Source: Sinorhizobium meliloti (lineage in GTDB: Bacteria; Pseudomonadota; Alphaproteobacteria; Rhizobiales; Rhizobiaceae). From it: a stretch of DNA of 32,000 bases. This document shows positions 9,810 to 20,201 of the stretch, piece after piece (positions within the stretch are counted from its first letter, which is position 1; each line of letters starts with the position of its first letter). Below the pieces are notes generated by a model, which did no database searches, had not been told where the DNA came from, and saw only the letters and a program-made list of their open reading frames with translations. The position numbers and the translations under genes were made by a program. The DNA lies in contig NZ_JAGIOS010000001.1 of NCBI RefSeq assembly GCF_017876815.1, positions 3,480,001-3,512,000 on the forward strand, in the 5' to 3' direction.

Positions 9810-10706
9810 ATGTCGCTGGACTGGGACAAACTGCGCATTTTCCATGCGGCGGCCGAGGCTGGCTCGTTCACGCACGCGGCAGACAAACTCCACCTTTCGC
9901 AGTCGGCGATCAGCCGGCAGGTCAGTTCGCTCGAGCAGGACGTCGGCATCAAGCTCTTTCATCGGCACGCCCGCGGCTTGATCCTGACCGAACAGGGCGA
10001 AATGCTCTATCGCACGGCGCACGACGTGCTGATGAAGCTCGAAAGCGTCAAGGCCCAGCTTAGCGAGACGACGGACAAGCCAAGCGGCAAGTTGCGGATC
10101 ACGACCACGGTCGGCCTCGGCCAGGGGTGGCTGACCGACAAGATCCAGGAATTCATGTCCTTGTATCCGGAAATCCAGGTACAGCTCATCCTCGACAACG
10201 AGGAACTGGACGTGAACATGCGCCATGCGGACTGCGCCATCAGGCTGCGGCAGCCGCAACAGTCGGATCTGATCCAGCGCAAGCTCTTCACGGTGCACAT
10301 GCATGTCTATGCCGCGCCGTCCTACATCAACAAATATGGCGAGCCGCAGTCGCTTGACGATCTCGACAATCACCGGATCATCACCTTCGGCGAGCCCGCC
10401 CCCAACTATCTGCTCGACGTGAACTGGCTGGAGATTGCCGGACGCGATTCCGACAATCCGCGCATATCGCATCTGCAGATCAACAGCCAGACATCGATCA
10501 AGCGCGCCTGCCTGCTCGGCATCGGCATCGCCATGCTTCCGGACTATATCGTCGGTCGCGATCCCGGCCTCATTCAACTGCCGATAAGCGCCGATATCCC
10601 CTCTTTCGATACCTATTTCTGCTATCCGGACGAACTGAAGAACGCAGCGAAGCTGAAAGTCTTCCGCGATTACATCGTCGCTAAAGCGAGAAACTGGAAC
10701 TTCTGA
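9810..10706 (+). CDS. lsrB: LysR-family transcriptional regulator (LsrB/VtlR-type)
   Basis: MSLDWDKLRIFHAAAEAGSFTHAADKLHLSQSAISRQVSSLEQDVG is a LysR HTH, followed by a substrate-binding domain. It sits downstream of trxB and next to tandem AbcR-type sRNAs, as described for lsrB (S. meliloti) and vtlR (Brucella, Agrobacterium). The symbol is from memory. Confidence 0.75.
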   Translation: MSLDWDKLRIFHAAAEAGSFTHAADKLHLSQSAISRQVSSLEQDVGIKLFHRHARGLILTEQGEMLYRTAHDVLMKLESVKAQLSETTDKPSGKLRITTTVGLGQGWLTDKIQEFMSLYPEIQVQLILDNEELDVNMRHADCAIRLRQPQQSDLIQRKLFTVHMHVYAAPSYINKYGEPQSLDDLDNHRIITFGEPAPNYLLDVNWLEIAGRDSDNPRISHLQINSQTSIKRACLLGIGIAMLPDYIVGRDPGLIQLPISADIPSFDTYFCYPDELKNAAKLKVFRDYIVAKARNWNF

Positions 10707-10877
10707 CGATCCGTTCAATTGCCCGATTTGTGAGCAATTGCCAAAAGCCTGCGTAAGCCTTTGTTATTCCTCGGCTCTTTTCAAGGGAAAGCGAAGCTCT
10801 TCGCAAACCGAATCCTTGTGCGCTGCAAAAATGAGCAGCGATGCGCAAACGGCATGGCTGTCATGCATATTAAATGA

Positions 10878-10906
10878 TTGCCGATAGCCCAAAAAAGCAG
10901 CATACC
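10878..10906 (+). promoter_or_regulatory. putative sigma-70 promoter of the upstream AbcR-type sRNA
   Basis: TTGCCG (10878-10883), 17-nt spacer, CATACC (10901-10906). The geometry is the same as the downstream copy's promoter, and both lie 7 nt before the shared tcagctg start of homology. Confidence 0.45.
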
Positions 10907-10912
10907 ACACTC

Positions 10913-11034
10913 AGCTGATGCATCTTTGGTGGCTTCTCCTCCCAGTGCCACCGCAGCAGCTGTTCCCCTCTGGAGGTTTTAATTACCTTCACAACTACAA
11001 GGGCCCAAGTTTTTCTTGTGGCCCTCTTTTTTTT
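10913..11034 (+). ncRNA. abcR: AbcR-family (alpha-r15) trans-acting sRNA, upstream copy
   Basis: About 120 nt and non-coding. Hairpin GGTGGC-ttctcctcccagt-GCCACC displays a CUCCUCCC anti-SD loop. A second C/U-rich block ttcccctctggagg follows. The terminator is GGGCCCAAG...CTTGTGGCCC plus a T8 run ending at 11034. It is a paralog of 11120-11234. The location between a LysR and an ArsR gene matches described AbcR1/AbcR2 loci. Ends are approximate. Confidence 0.8.
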
Positions 11035-11084
11035 GCCTGGCGGAGCCCCACAGCCCTCAGTTGCGAAAATCTTGGGAACGGCTA

Positions 11085-11113
11085 TTGAAAGCGGCTACGG
11101 CCCTACCCATATC
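11085..11113 (+). promoter_or_regulatory. putative sigma-70 promoter of the downstream AbcR-type sRNA
   Basis: TTGAAA (11085-11090), 17-nt spacer, CATATC (11108-11113), 7 nt before tcagctg. Confidence 0.5.
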
Positions 11114-11119
11114 TTTTTC

Positions 11120-11234
11120 AGCTGGTGCATCTAGCGGCTTTCTCCTCCCCAGCCGCTGCAGCAGCTGTTCCCCTCTGGAGGTTTGAAACCTTCACAACTG
11201 AAAGGGCCCAAGTTTCTTGTGGCCCTCTTTTTTT
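11120..11234 (+). ncRNA. abcR: AbcR-family (alpha-r15) trans-acting sRNA, downstream copy
   Basis: About 115 nt. Hairpin AGCGGCT-ttctcctcccc-AGCCGCT has the same loop motif as the upstream copy but different, compensating stem bases. It shares the block gcagcagctgttcccctctggaggttt and the terminator aagggcccaagtttcttgtggccc plus a T7 run ending at 11234. Confidence 0.8.
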
Positions 11235-11320
11235 GTCGGCATTTTGCCCGGCGTTTATGGCCCGCTTCCTTTGTAGCCCACAGCATTCACGACGTTGTGA
11301 CTTCCAGTATCGAATTTTAG

Positions 11321-11334
11321 CGATATATATATCG
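11321..11334. promoter_or_regulatory. perfect 14-bp AT-rich palindrome, candidate ArsR-type operator or -10 region
   Basis: CGATATATATATCG lies 26 nt upstream of the arsR-like ATG. TATCGA is also repeated at 11308-11313 and 11330-11335. ArsR/SmtB repressors typically autoregulate through AT-rich inverted repeats. Confidence 0.35.
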
Positions 11335-11359
11335 AGAAAACTGAATACGCCGAAATACG

Positions 11360-11650
11360 ATGGATAGAGACGAAATTCTGAAAGCACTGGCGCATCCGAC
11401 GCGCATGGAGATCCTGACCTGGCTGAAGGAGCCGCAGGCGCATTTCTCCGGCCAGGAGCATCCGCTCGACATGGGCGTCTGCGCAGGGCAGTTCGAAAGA
11501 TGCGGCCTGTCGCAGTCGACGGTTTCATCTCATCTCGCCGTGCTGCAGCGCGCCGGTCTGGTGACGACCCGCCGCGTCGGCCAATGGGTCTTCTACCGGC
11601 GCAATGAGGAGACCATCACAGCGTTTCTGAAGACCATCGGCGATCTCTGA
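11360..11650 (+). CDS. ArsR/SmtB-family transcriptional regulator
   Basis: 96 aa. ILKALAHPTRMEILTWL and GLSQSTVSSHLAVLQRAGLV form a classical ArsR winged HTH. Confidence 0.85.
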   Translation: MDRDEILKALAHPTRMEILTWLKEPQAHFSGQEHPLDMGVCAGQFERCGLSQSTVSSHLAVLQRAGLVTTRRVGQWVFYRRNEETITAFLKTIGDL

Positions 11651-11698
11651 TAACCCCCACTTCCTCCCAAGTCTCAAACGCAATGGAAAGGACAATCC

Positions 11699-12820
11699 AT
11701 GGCCTCTCTCTTCGACCCGATCACGATCGGCGATATCAGCCTCAGCAACCGCGTGGTGATGGCACCTCTGACCCGGAACCGTTCACCCCAGGCAGTGCCC
11801 AATGATCTTAACGTCGCCTATTACGAGCAGCGCGCATCCGCCGGCCTGCTGATCACCGAAGGGACGGCAATAAGCCACCAGGGCCAGGGCTATGCCGACG
11901 TGCCCGGGCTTTACAAACCGGAGGCCCTCGCCGGCTGGCGCAAGGTCACGGATTCGGTCCACAAAGCCGGTGGCAAGATCGTCGTGCAGATGTGGCATGT
12001 CGGGCGGATATCCCACGACTCGCTCCAGCCGCAGGGCGGCAAACCGGTCGCCCCTTCGGCTATCCGCGCCAAATCGAAGACCTACCTCGTCAATCCCGAT
12101 GGGACGGGCAGCTTTGCCGAAACCTCCGAGCCGAGGGCGCTCGAACCGGCGGAGATCGCCGGCATCGTCGAGGATTACCGCAAGGCCTCTCGGGCCGCGA
12201 TCGAAGCCGGATTCGACGGCGTCGAGATCCATGCTGCCAACGGCTATCTGATCGACCAGTTCCTGCGCTCCGGCTCCAATGAACGCACGGACGCCTATGG
12301 CGGCTCGATCGAGAACCGCGCCCGCTTTCTCTTCGAGGTGGTCGATGCCGTTACCAAGGAGATCGGCGCTGGCCGGGTCGGGATCCGCATCTCTCCCGTG
12401 ACCCCCGCCAACGACGCCTTCGATCCGGACCCGCAGCCGCTCTTCACCTATGTCGTCGAAGGCCTCGCCCGATATCCGCTCGCCTATGTGCACGTCATCG
12501 AAGGCGCCACCGGCGGAGCGCGTGACCACCAGCAGGGCGATCGCCCCTTCGACTACACAAGCCTCCGTGCCGCCTACGCAGCGGCCGGCGGCAGGGCGGC
12601 CTGGATGACGAACAACGGATACGATCGCGGTCTGGCGCTGAAGACGGTCGAAAGCGGCGAAGCCGATTTGGTTGCTTTCGGCAAACCCTTCATCGCCAAT
12701 CCGGATCTCGTTCGTCGTTTGAGAGACAACGTGGCCCTGAATGCACCGGACCAGGCGACCTTCTATGGCGGTGGCGCCAAGGGTTATACGGATTATCCGT
12801 CGCTCGAAAACGTCGCCTGA
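11699..12820 (+). CDS. NADH:flavin oxidoreductase, Old Yellow Enzyme family (NemA / N-ethylmaleimide reductase-like)
   Basis: 373 aa. Contains LSNRVVMAPLTRNRS, LLITEGTAIS, QMWHVGRISH and GVEIHAANGYLIDQFL, which are OYE signatures. GGAAAGGA Shine-Dalgarno sequence upstream. Probably in an operon with the ArsR gene. Confidence 0.9.
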   Translation: MASLFDPITIGDISLSNRVVMAPLTRNRSPQAVPNDLNVAYYEQRASAGLLITEGTAISHQGQGYADVPGLYKPEALAGWRKVTDSVHKAGGKIVVQMWHVGRISHDSLQPQGGKPVAPSAIRAKSKTYLVNPDGTGSFAETSEPRALEPAEIAGIVEDYRKASRAAIEAGFDGVEIHAANGYLIDQFLRSGSNERTDAYGGSIENRARFLFEVVDAVTKEIGAGRVGIRISPVTPANDAFDPDPQPLFTYVVEGLARYPLAYVHVIEGATGGARDHQQGDRPFDYTSLRAAYAAAGGRAAWMTNNGYDRGLALKTVESGEADLVAFGKPFIANPDLVRRLRDNVALNAPDQATFYGGGAKGYTDYPSLENVA

Positions 12821-12834
12821 AATCGATAAGGAGG

Positions 12835-12865
12835 AAGGAGCCCCGCCCAATGCGCGGGGCTCCTT
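12835..12865 (+). terminator. 12-bp GC-rich hairpin after the OYE gene (no clear T tract)
   Basis: AAGGAGCCCCGC (12835-12846), loop ccaatgc, GCGGGGCTCCTT (12854-12865). Bracketed by AATCGAT at both sides. Confidence 0.4.
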
Positions 12866-12892
12866 GCGCAGCGAATCGATTATGCTGCCCCG

Positions 12893-13687
12893 ATGTTCAC
12901 GTCTTTCATCGATGAATGGTCTCTCGAGCCCGCGGGCGACCCGATCCTCACGAGGACGAGCCGGCTGCTGCCCGTTCGCTGGCGCGGCCTGCCGGCGATG
13001 CTCAAGGTGGCAGACGAGCCGGAAGAAAGGTCTGGCGGGCAGTTGATGCGATGGTGGGACGGTCACGGCGCCGCCCAGGTTTACGCCGCAACCGATAGCG
13101 CCATCCTCCTCGAACGGTCGGAGAGCCGCCGTTCGCTTTTTCATATGGCGATGACCGGCAGCGACGACGACGCCACCCGGATCGCCTGCCGCGCCGTTGC
13201 CATGCTGCATGCACCACGCCCCTCCCCGCCGGCGGGTCTCGCACCGCTCGAGCGCTGGTTCCAGGCGCTGGCCCCTGCAGCCCGCCTCCATGGCGGTATT
13301 CTCAGGACCTGCGCAGACGCTGCCCAACATCTCCTATCCACGCCCGATGTCCCGGTCGTCCTGCATGGAGACATTCACCACGGCAACATTCTCGACTTCG
13401 ATGCCCGGGGCTGGCTGGCCATAGATCCCAAGGGCCTCTGTGGCGACCGCGGTTTCGATTACGCCAATCTCTTCTGCAATCTGGAGCTTCCCGTCGTAAG
13501 CGCTCCGGGGCGCCTAACCAGACAGCTTGCAATCGTCGCCCATGAGGCGCGGCTGGAGCCGAAGAGGCTCCTGCAGTGGATCATCGCCTATGCCGGCCTG
13601 TCGGCGGCCTGGTTCCTTGGCGACGGAGAAAGTCCGGAAAGCACTTTAGCAGTGGCCGCGATTGCCGACGCGGAGCTGAGGGGTTAG
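12893..13687 (+). CDS. aminoglycoside/streptomycin 6-phosphotransferase-like kinase (APH(6) family)
   Basis: 264 aa. The catalytic region VVLHGDIHHGNILDFDARGWLAIDPKGLCGDRGFDYANLF (Brenner HGDxxxxN plus IDP motif) and the overall length fit the APH(6)/StrB-like family. The Shine-Dalgarno sequence is weak and the start is uncertain. Confidence 0.75.
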   Translation: MFTSFIDEWSLEPAGDPILTRTSRLLPVRWRGLPAMLKVADEPEERSGGQLMRWWDGHGAAQVYAATDSAILLERSESRRSLFHMAMTGSDDDATRIACRAVAMLHAPRPSPPAGLAPLERWFQALAPAARLHGGILRTCADAAQHLLSTPDVPVVLHGDIHHGNILDFDARGWLAIDPKGLCGDRGFDYANLFCNLELPVVSAPGRLTRQLAIVAHEARLEPKRLLQWIIAYAGLSAAWFLGDGESPESTLAVAAIADAELRG

Positions 13688-13797
13688 AGCGGGATGAGGA
13701 AAAGTGTGTGCGGTTTTCCGCCCGCATCCCGCTCTCACTTTTTGGAATCGATCACGTTCATGTCTTTAGGTCGACCCGACCTAAAGACATCGTGATC
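13687..13797. repeat. composite palindromic intergenic element (two nested or adjacent long hairpins)
   Basis: Hairpin 1 is GAGCGGGATG (13687-13696) with CATCCCGCTC (13725-13734), enclosing GCGGttttCCGC. Hairpin 2 pairs GATCACG-(ttc bulge)-ATGTCTTTAGGTCG with CGACCTAAAGACAT-CGTGATC (13750-13797), 21 bp in total. Confidence 0.6.
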
Positions 13798-13858
13798 TGG
13801 TGGACAAAAAGAGATTCGGCTGTTGAGCTGAAAAGTCCGCTGGACCCGGAGGAAGAGT

Positions 13859-14368
13859 ATGGAGATCAGAGACGCCGCCGAAACCGATCTTCCGGCGATA
13901 TGCGCGATCTACAATGACGCTGTGGCGAACACGACGGCGATCTGGAACGAGACCCTTGTCGACGTCGCCAATCGGAAGACCTGGTTGAAAGCACGCAATG
14001 CTGCCGGCTTCCCGGTGCTTGCCGCCCTTTCCCTTGACGGCGAGGTCGTCGGCTACGCCTCCTTTGGCGAGTGGCGCGCCTTCGACGGATACCGGCACAC
14101 GGTCGAGCACTCGGTCTATGTGCGGGCGGACCAGCGCGGCGGCGGCATAGGCCGGGCGCTGATGCTCGAGCTCATCGATCGGGCCGAAGCACTTGGCAAG
14201 CACGTGATGATCGCGGGGATCGAGTCGGGAAACCTGCCGTCGATCCGTCTCCATGAGCAACTCGGTTTTCGCGAGACCGGCCATATGAAGGAGGTCGGCA
14301 CGAAATTCGGCCGCTGGCTCGACCTCACCTTCATGCAACTGATCCTGCGCACCGGTTCTCCCGACTGA
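13859..14368 (+). CDS. GNAT N-acetyltransferase, phosphinothricin / methionine-sulfoximine acetyltransferase (PAT)-like
   Basis: 169 aa. IRDAAETDLPAICAIYNDAVANTTAIWNE, GYASFGEWRAFDGYRHTVEHSVYV and RGGGIGRALM (acetyl-CoA site) are typical of the PAT/Bar-like GNAT subfamily. GGAGGA Shine-Dalgarno sequence upstream. Confidence 0.85.
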   Translation: MEIRDAAETDLPAICAIYNDAVANTTAIWNETLVDVANRKTWLKARNAAGFPVLAALSLDGEVVGYASFGEWRAFDGYRHTVEHSVYVRADQRGGGIGRALMLELIDRAEALGKHVMIAGIESGNLPSIRLHEQLGFRETGHMKEVGTKFGRWLDLTFMQLILRTGSPD

Positions 14369-14414
14369 AAGCTTTGCAGCCCGATTTCTCGTCCGCGACG
14401 AAGATGCTATCTAT

Positions 14415-15428
14415 ATGCACTCGTTGGTCGCCGAGGGCCGCATGGTCGAGTACGAAAAGGCAGGCACAAGCCGCATCCGGAGCACCCTGAAAGGACATCT
14501 GGCACGCGTCGCCGCGGCCGTATTGTCCGTGGTCATGTGTTTTGTCTCCGGCCACTCCGGGGCCGCGGAGGCGCGCACCGACGCGCCGGCTCCGCCGCGG
14601 AAATGCCTCTACTCGGGGGTGTCGACTGAAAACCCCTTCCTCCGTCTCTGCATCACCCCCGACAATTTCGCCCGGGACGTCTGCGGCATCATCGAACATT
14701 ATGCCAAGGCGAACGACCTGCCCGCCGCTTTCTTCGCCCGTCTGATCTGGCGCGAAAGCCTTTTCCAGCCGGACGCCATCAGCCCGAAGGGCGCAGAAGG
14801 AATTGCCCAGTTCATGCCCGCGACGGCAAAGCTGCGCGGCCTGTCGGACAGCTTCGACGCGGTGGCGGCGCTGGGCAAATCCGCCGAGTATCTGAGCGAG
14901 CTCAAGTCCCGTTACGGCAATCTCGGTTTTGCGGCGGCGGCCTACAATGCCGGCGAAGCAGGCCTGGAGCGCTTCCTGGAAAAAGACCGCTTACCCTATG
15001 AAACGCGGGATTACGTGCTGGCGATCACCGCCTATTCCGTCGAAGACTGGCGCGACAATCCACCGAAGTCGCTCAACATCGAACTCGACAAGGACAAAAG
15101 CTTCCTCGATGGCTGCGTCGCGCTCGCCAATACGCGGCGCTTGCGCGAGCTGGTTATCGCCGATGAAGCCGTCTGGGCGCCCTGGGGCGTTCAGCTCTCG
15201 GCCCACTATCAGAAATCCATGGCGCAGCGGCTGTTCCTGAATGCCGTGAAAAGATTGCCCGCTCCGATCAACAGCGAAAAGGCGGTTCTGGTGCGGGAGC
15301 GTAATGCCAGCTTCGGATCCAGGCGCCGCTACGCTGCCCGCATCGGCCGGCAGACGCGCGCCGAAGCCGATCAGCTTTGCGCCGCCATACGAAAAAGCGG
15401 CGGCGCCTGCGTCGTTTTCAAGAACTGA
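14415..15428 (+). CDS. lytic transglycosylase (SLT domain), secreted
   Basis: Signal-like segment HLARVAAAVLSVVMCFVSGHSGAAEA. SLT core LIWRESLFQPDAISPKGAEGIAQFMPATA and AAAAYNAGEAGLERF. The exact start is uncertain (ATG 14415 or 14442). Confidence 0.85.
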   Translation: MHSLVAEGRMVEYEKAGTSRIRSTLKGHLARVAAAVLSVVMCFVSGHSGAAEARTDAPAPPRKCLYSGVSTENPFLRLCITPDNFARDVCGIIEHYAKANDLPAAFFARLIWRESLFQPDAISPKGAEGIAQFMPATAKLRGLSDSFDAVAALGKSAEYLSELKSRYGNLGFAAAAYNAGEAGLERFLEKDRLPYETRDYVLAITAYSVEDWRDNPPKSLNIELDKDKSFLDGCVALANTRRLRELVIADEAVWAPWGVQLSAHYQKSMAQRLFLNAVKRLPAPINSEKAVLVRERNASFGSRRRYAARIGRQTRAEADQLCAAIRKSGGACVVFKN

Positions 15429-15475
15429 CGGCGCCTTTCGCCGATACAGCGATGGAACGAGGATGTGCTTGACCT

Positions 15476-15627
15476 CCTCATCCCTGTGCTCGTCACAGGG
15501 ATCCAGCCAGGCCAAGTCCTTGGGCTGAAAGAACATTCCCCGCGCCGCAGACGCGGCGCTGCCCTCATCTCTGTGACAAGCACAGAGATGAGGGCGAGGA
15601 GAGATTGCAGTCCCGGATACGTTTCCT
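15476..15627 (+). repeat. ~150-nt palindrome-rich intergenic repeat, copy A (rhizobial REP/RIME/MITE-like)
   Basis: Near-identical to 24203-24352 in the same orientation. Hairpins: ATCCCTGTG-ctcgt-CACAGGGAT (15480-15502), GCGCCGC-agac-GCGGCGC (15542-15559), and CCCTCATCTCTGTG-acaag-CACAGAGATGAGGG (15562-15594). The left end CCTCATCCCTGTG is an inverted copy (12/13) of the right CACAGAGATGAGG. Confidence 0.8.
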
Positions 15628-15757
15628 AGTAGGCCGCGCAGTCGGCACTCGAAGAACTCAAGCCCAACCCCGAGCGCACCTTCTGGGTGACCTTTGCACA
15701 TATGATAAGGCCCGACGCTGGATAGCCCCGGGCCTTGAAATCTTTCCTGCGCTTAGA

Positions 15758-18553
<2,796 letters not shown>

Positions 18554-18838
18554 TGGTGATCACGATCTTTGTTCAGAATCAGTCGGTTTTTTATAGCCGA
18601 ATGCGGCTCGGAGCGCCAATTTTCGGCCGGTGTTTTGAACAGTCTTTTGCCGCAGGAACAGGCTTTTCTAGGGCAAGGAAAGGAGCTCGCAAGGAAAGCT
18701 GCGCGCCTCGGGGATGGCGCTGGTTTAAGCCATTGCGTTGCGCTTGGCTACCCGCTCTTTCCAAGCTCGCACCGCTTGCCTAACAATGCGGGCCACACCA
18801 CCGGGAATAGCCGGGGTAAAATCCGGAAGGGGACACGG

Positions 18839-19468
18839 ATGTTCGACGTCGATCTCTTGATCAATGCGCTGACGACGCTGCTCGTCACGCTTGATCCGCC
18901 CGGCCTTGCGCCGATCTTCCTGAGCCTGACCGTCGGCTTGAGCCGGCAGCAGCGCTTCCAGGTCGCGACCCGCGGCTCGCTCATCGCTTTTTTCATCCTC
19001 GCCGCCTTTGCGCTATTCGGCGACGGCATCCTCGGTCTGCTCGGCATCTCGATCGGCGCCTTCCGGATCGCCGGCGGCATGCTGCTCTTCTGGATCGCTT
19101 TCGAGATGATTTTCGAGAAACGCCAGGAGCGAAAGGAGAAGGCCGGGGAAACGGCGATCACGAAGGACCACCTCCACAATATCGCGGTCTTCCCTCTCGC
19201 ACTGCCCCTGATTGCCGGGCCGGGAGCGATCTCGGCAACCATCCTTCTCGGCAGCTCATTTCCCTCGGCACTGGAGCGGGTGCAGCTCATCGTCGTCATC
19301 GCCGCATCGATGGCGATACTGTTCCTGGCGCTGGTGATCGCCGAGCGTATCGACCGGTTCCTGGGCGTCACCGGCCGGGCGATCCTCACCCGCCTCCTCG
19401 GCGTCATCCTTGCGGCACTCGCCGTTCAATTCGTCGTGGACGGCGTGCGTTCGGCGTTTCAGGTCTGA
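18839..19468 (+). CDS. MarC-family (UPF0056) integral membrane protein
   Basis: ATG at 18839 follows GGAAGGGGA and gives a 209-aa product. MFDVDLLINALTTLLVTLDPPGLAPIFLSLT is a typical MarC N-terminus, and the rest is multi-helix hydrophobic. The upstream 90 codons of the track ORF are not membrane-like. Confidence 0.85.
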   Translation: MFDVDLLINALTTLLVTLDPPGLAPIFLSLTVGLSRQQRFQVATRGSLIAFFILAAFALFGDGILGLLGISIGAFRIAGGMLLFWIAFEMIFEKRQERKEKAGETAITKDHLHNIAVFPLALPLIAGPGAISATILLGSSFPSALERVQLIVVIAASMAILFLALVIAERIDRFLGVTGRAILTRLLGVILAALAVQFVVDGVRSAFQV

Positions 19469-19482
19469 ACGCACAACGAGAA

Positions 19483-19504
19483 CGGCCCGCAACGAAGCGG
19501 GCCG
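19483..19504. terminator. bidirectional hairpin between convergent marC-like gene and ssb
   Basis: CGGCCCGC-aacgaa-GCGGGCCG, an 8-bp GC stem, lies between the stop codons at 19468 (+) and 19534 (-). There is no strong T tract on either side. Confidence 0.45.
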
Positions 19505-19533
19505 GATGGTCTCGGACTGGCTGGCGCAGTCGA

Positions 19534-20058
19534 TCAGAACGGAATGTCGTCGTCGAGATCGCGCGAGAAGTTGCCGCCCTGGTTCGGCTGGTTCGATTGA
19601 CCGCCCGACCGGGCGCCGCCCGAGGAGGGCCGCGACTGATCGTATTCCTCGTAGCCGCCACCGCCGTAGTCGCTGCCGCCGCGACCTGCGCCGCCGCCCT
19701 CGCCTCCGCGACCGTCAAGCATCGTCAGGGTCGAGTTGAAGCCCTGAAGGACGACCTCGGTCGAATAGCGGTCATTGCCGGTCTGATCCTGCCACTTGCG
19801 CGTCTGCAGCTGGCCTTCGATGTAGAGCTTGGCGCCTTTCTTCACATATTGTTCGACGACCTTGCAGAGGCCTTCGTTGAAGACGACGACCGTGTGCCAC
19901 TCCGTCTTCTCGCGGCGCTCGCCCGAATTACGGTCGCGCCAGGTCTCGGATGTGGCAATTCTGAGGTTGGCGATCGGCCGGCCGTCCTGCGTGCGCCGGA
20001 TTTCCGGGTCGGCCCCGACGTTTCCGATCAAGATCACCTTGTTGACGCTACCAGCCAT
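19534..20058 (-). CDS. ssb: single-stranded DNA-binding protein
   Basis: 174 aa. OB-fold N-terminus [38 protein letters not shown], a Gly-rich linker and the canonical acidic tip DDDIPF. Confidence 0.97.
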   Translation of the reverse strand: MAGSVNKVILIGNVGADPEIRRTQDGRPIANLRIATSETWRDRNSGERREKTEWHTVVVFNEGLCKVVEQYVKKGAKLYIEGQLQTRKWQDQTGNDRYSTEVVLQGFNSTLTMLDGRGGEGGGAGRGGSDYGGGGYEEYDQSRPSSGGARSGGQSNQPNQGGNFSRDLDDDIPF

Positions 20059-20201
20059 ATCGCTTTTCCCGTTCTTGCCGCCGGACCGCTCGGCCGGCTC
20101 TCCAATGTCTCATGAGCAAACACCTTAACGGGCCGCCGCCGCCGATACGCCCCGTATCGCGCATAATCCACAGCTGATTTGGCGTGGATATGGCAGAGTT
20201 T

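Noticed and set aside
8531-10718. 473-aa and 371-aa minus-strand ORFs (8531..9952, 9603..10718), and likewise the 515-aa ORF 11783..13330
   Set aside because: They are antisense to trxB, the LysR gene, the OYE gene and the APH gene respectively, each of which has diagnostic motifs. No domain-like sequence is present.
10716-10742. Direct repeat CAATTGCC-N11-CAATTGCC just after the LysR stop codon
   Set aside because: It is short and AT-rich, each copy contains the common palindrome CAATTG, and no known binding motif is recalled. It may be part of a weak terminator stem. There is too little evidence to call it a site.
18571-18585. Second SOS-like box GTTCagaatcaGTCG between gyrA and the marC-like gene
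   Set aside because: The final base of the second half-site departs from GTTC. gyrA is not an expected LexA target. A one-mismatch hit to an 8-base motif is likely by chance in 32 kb.
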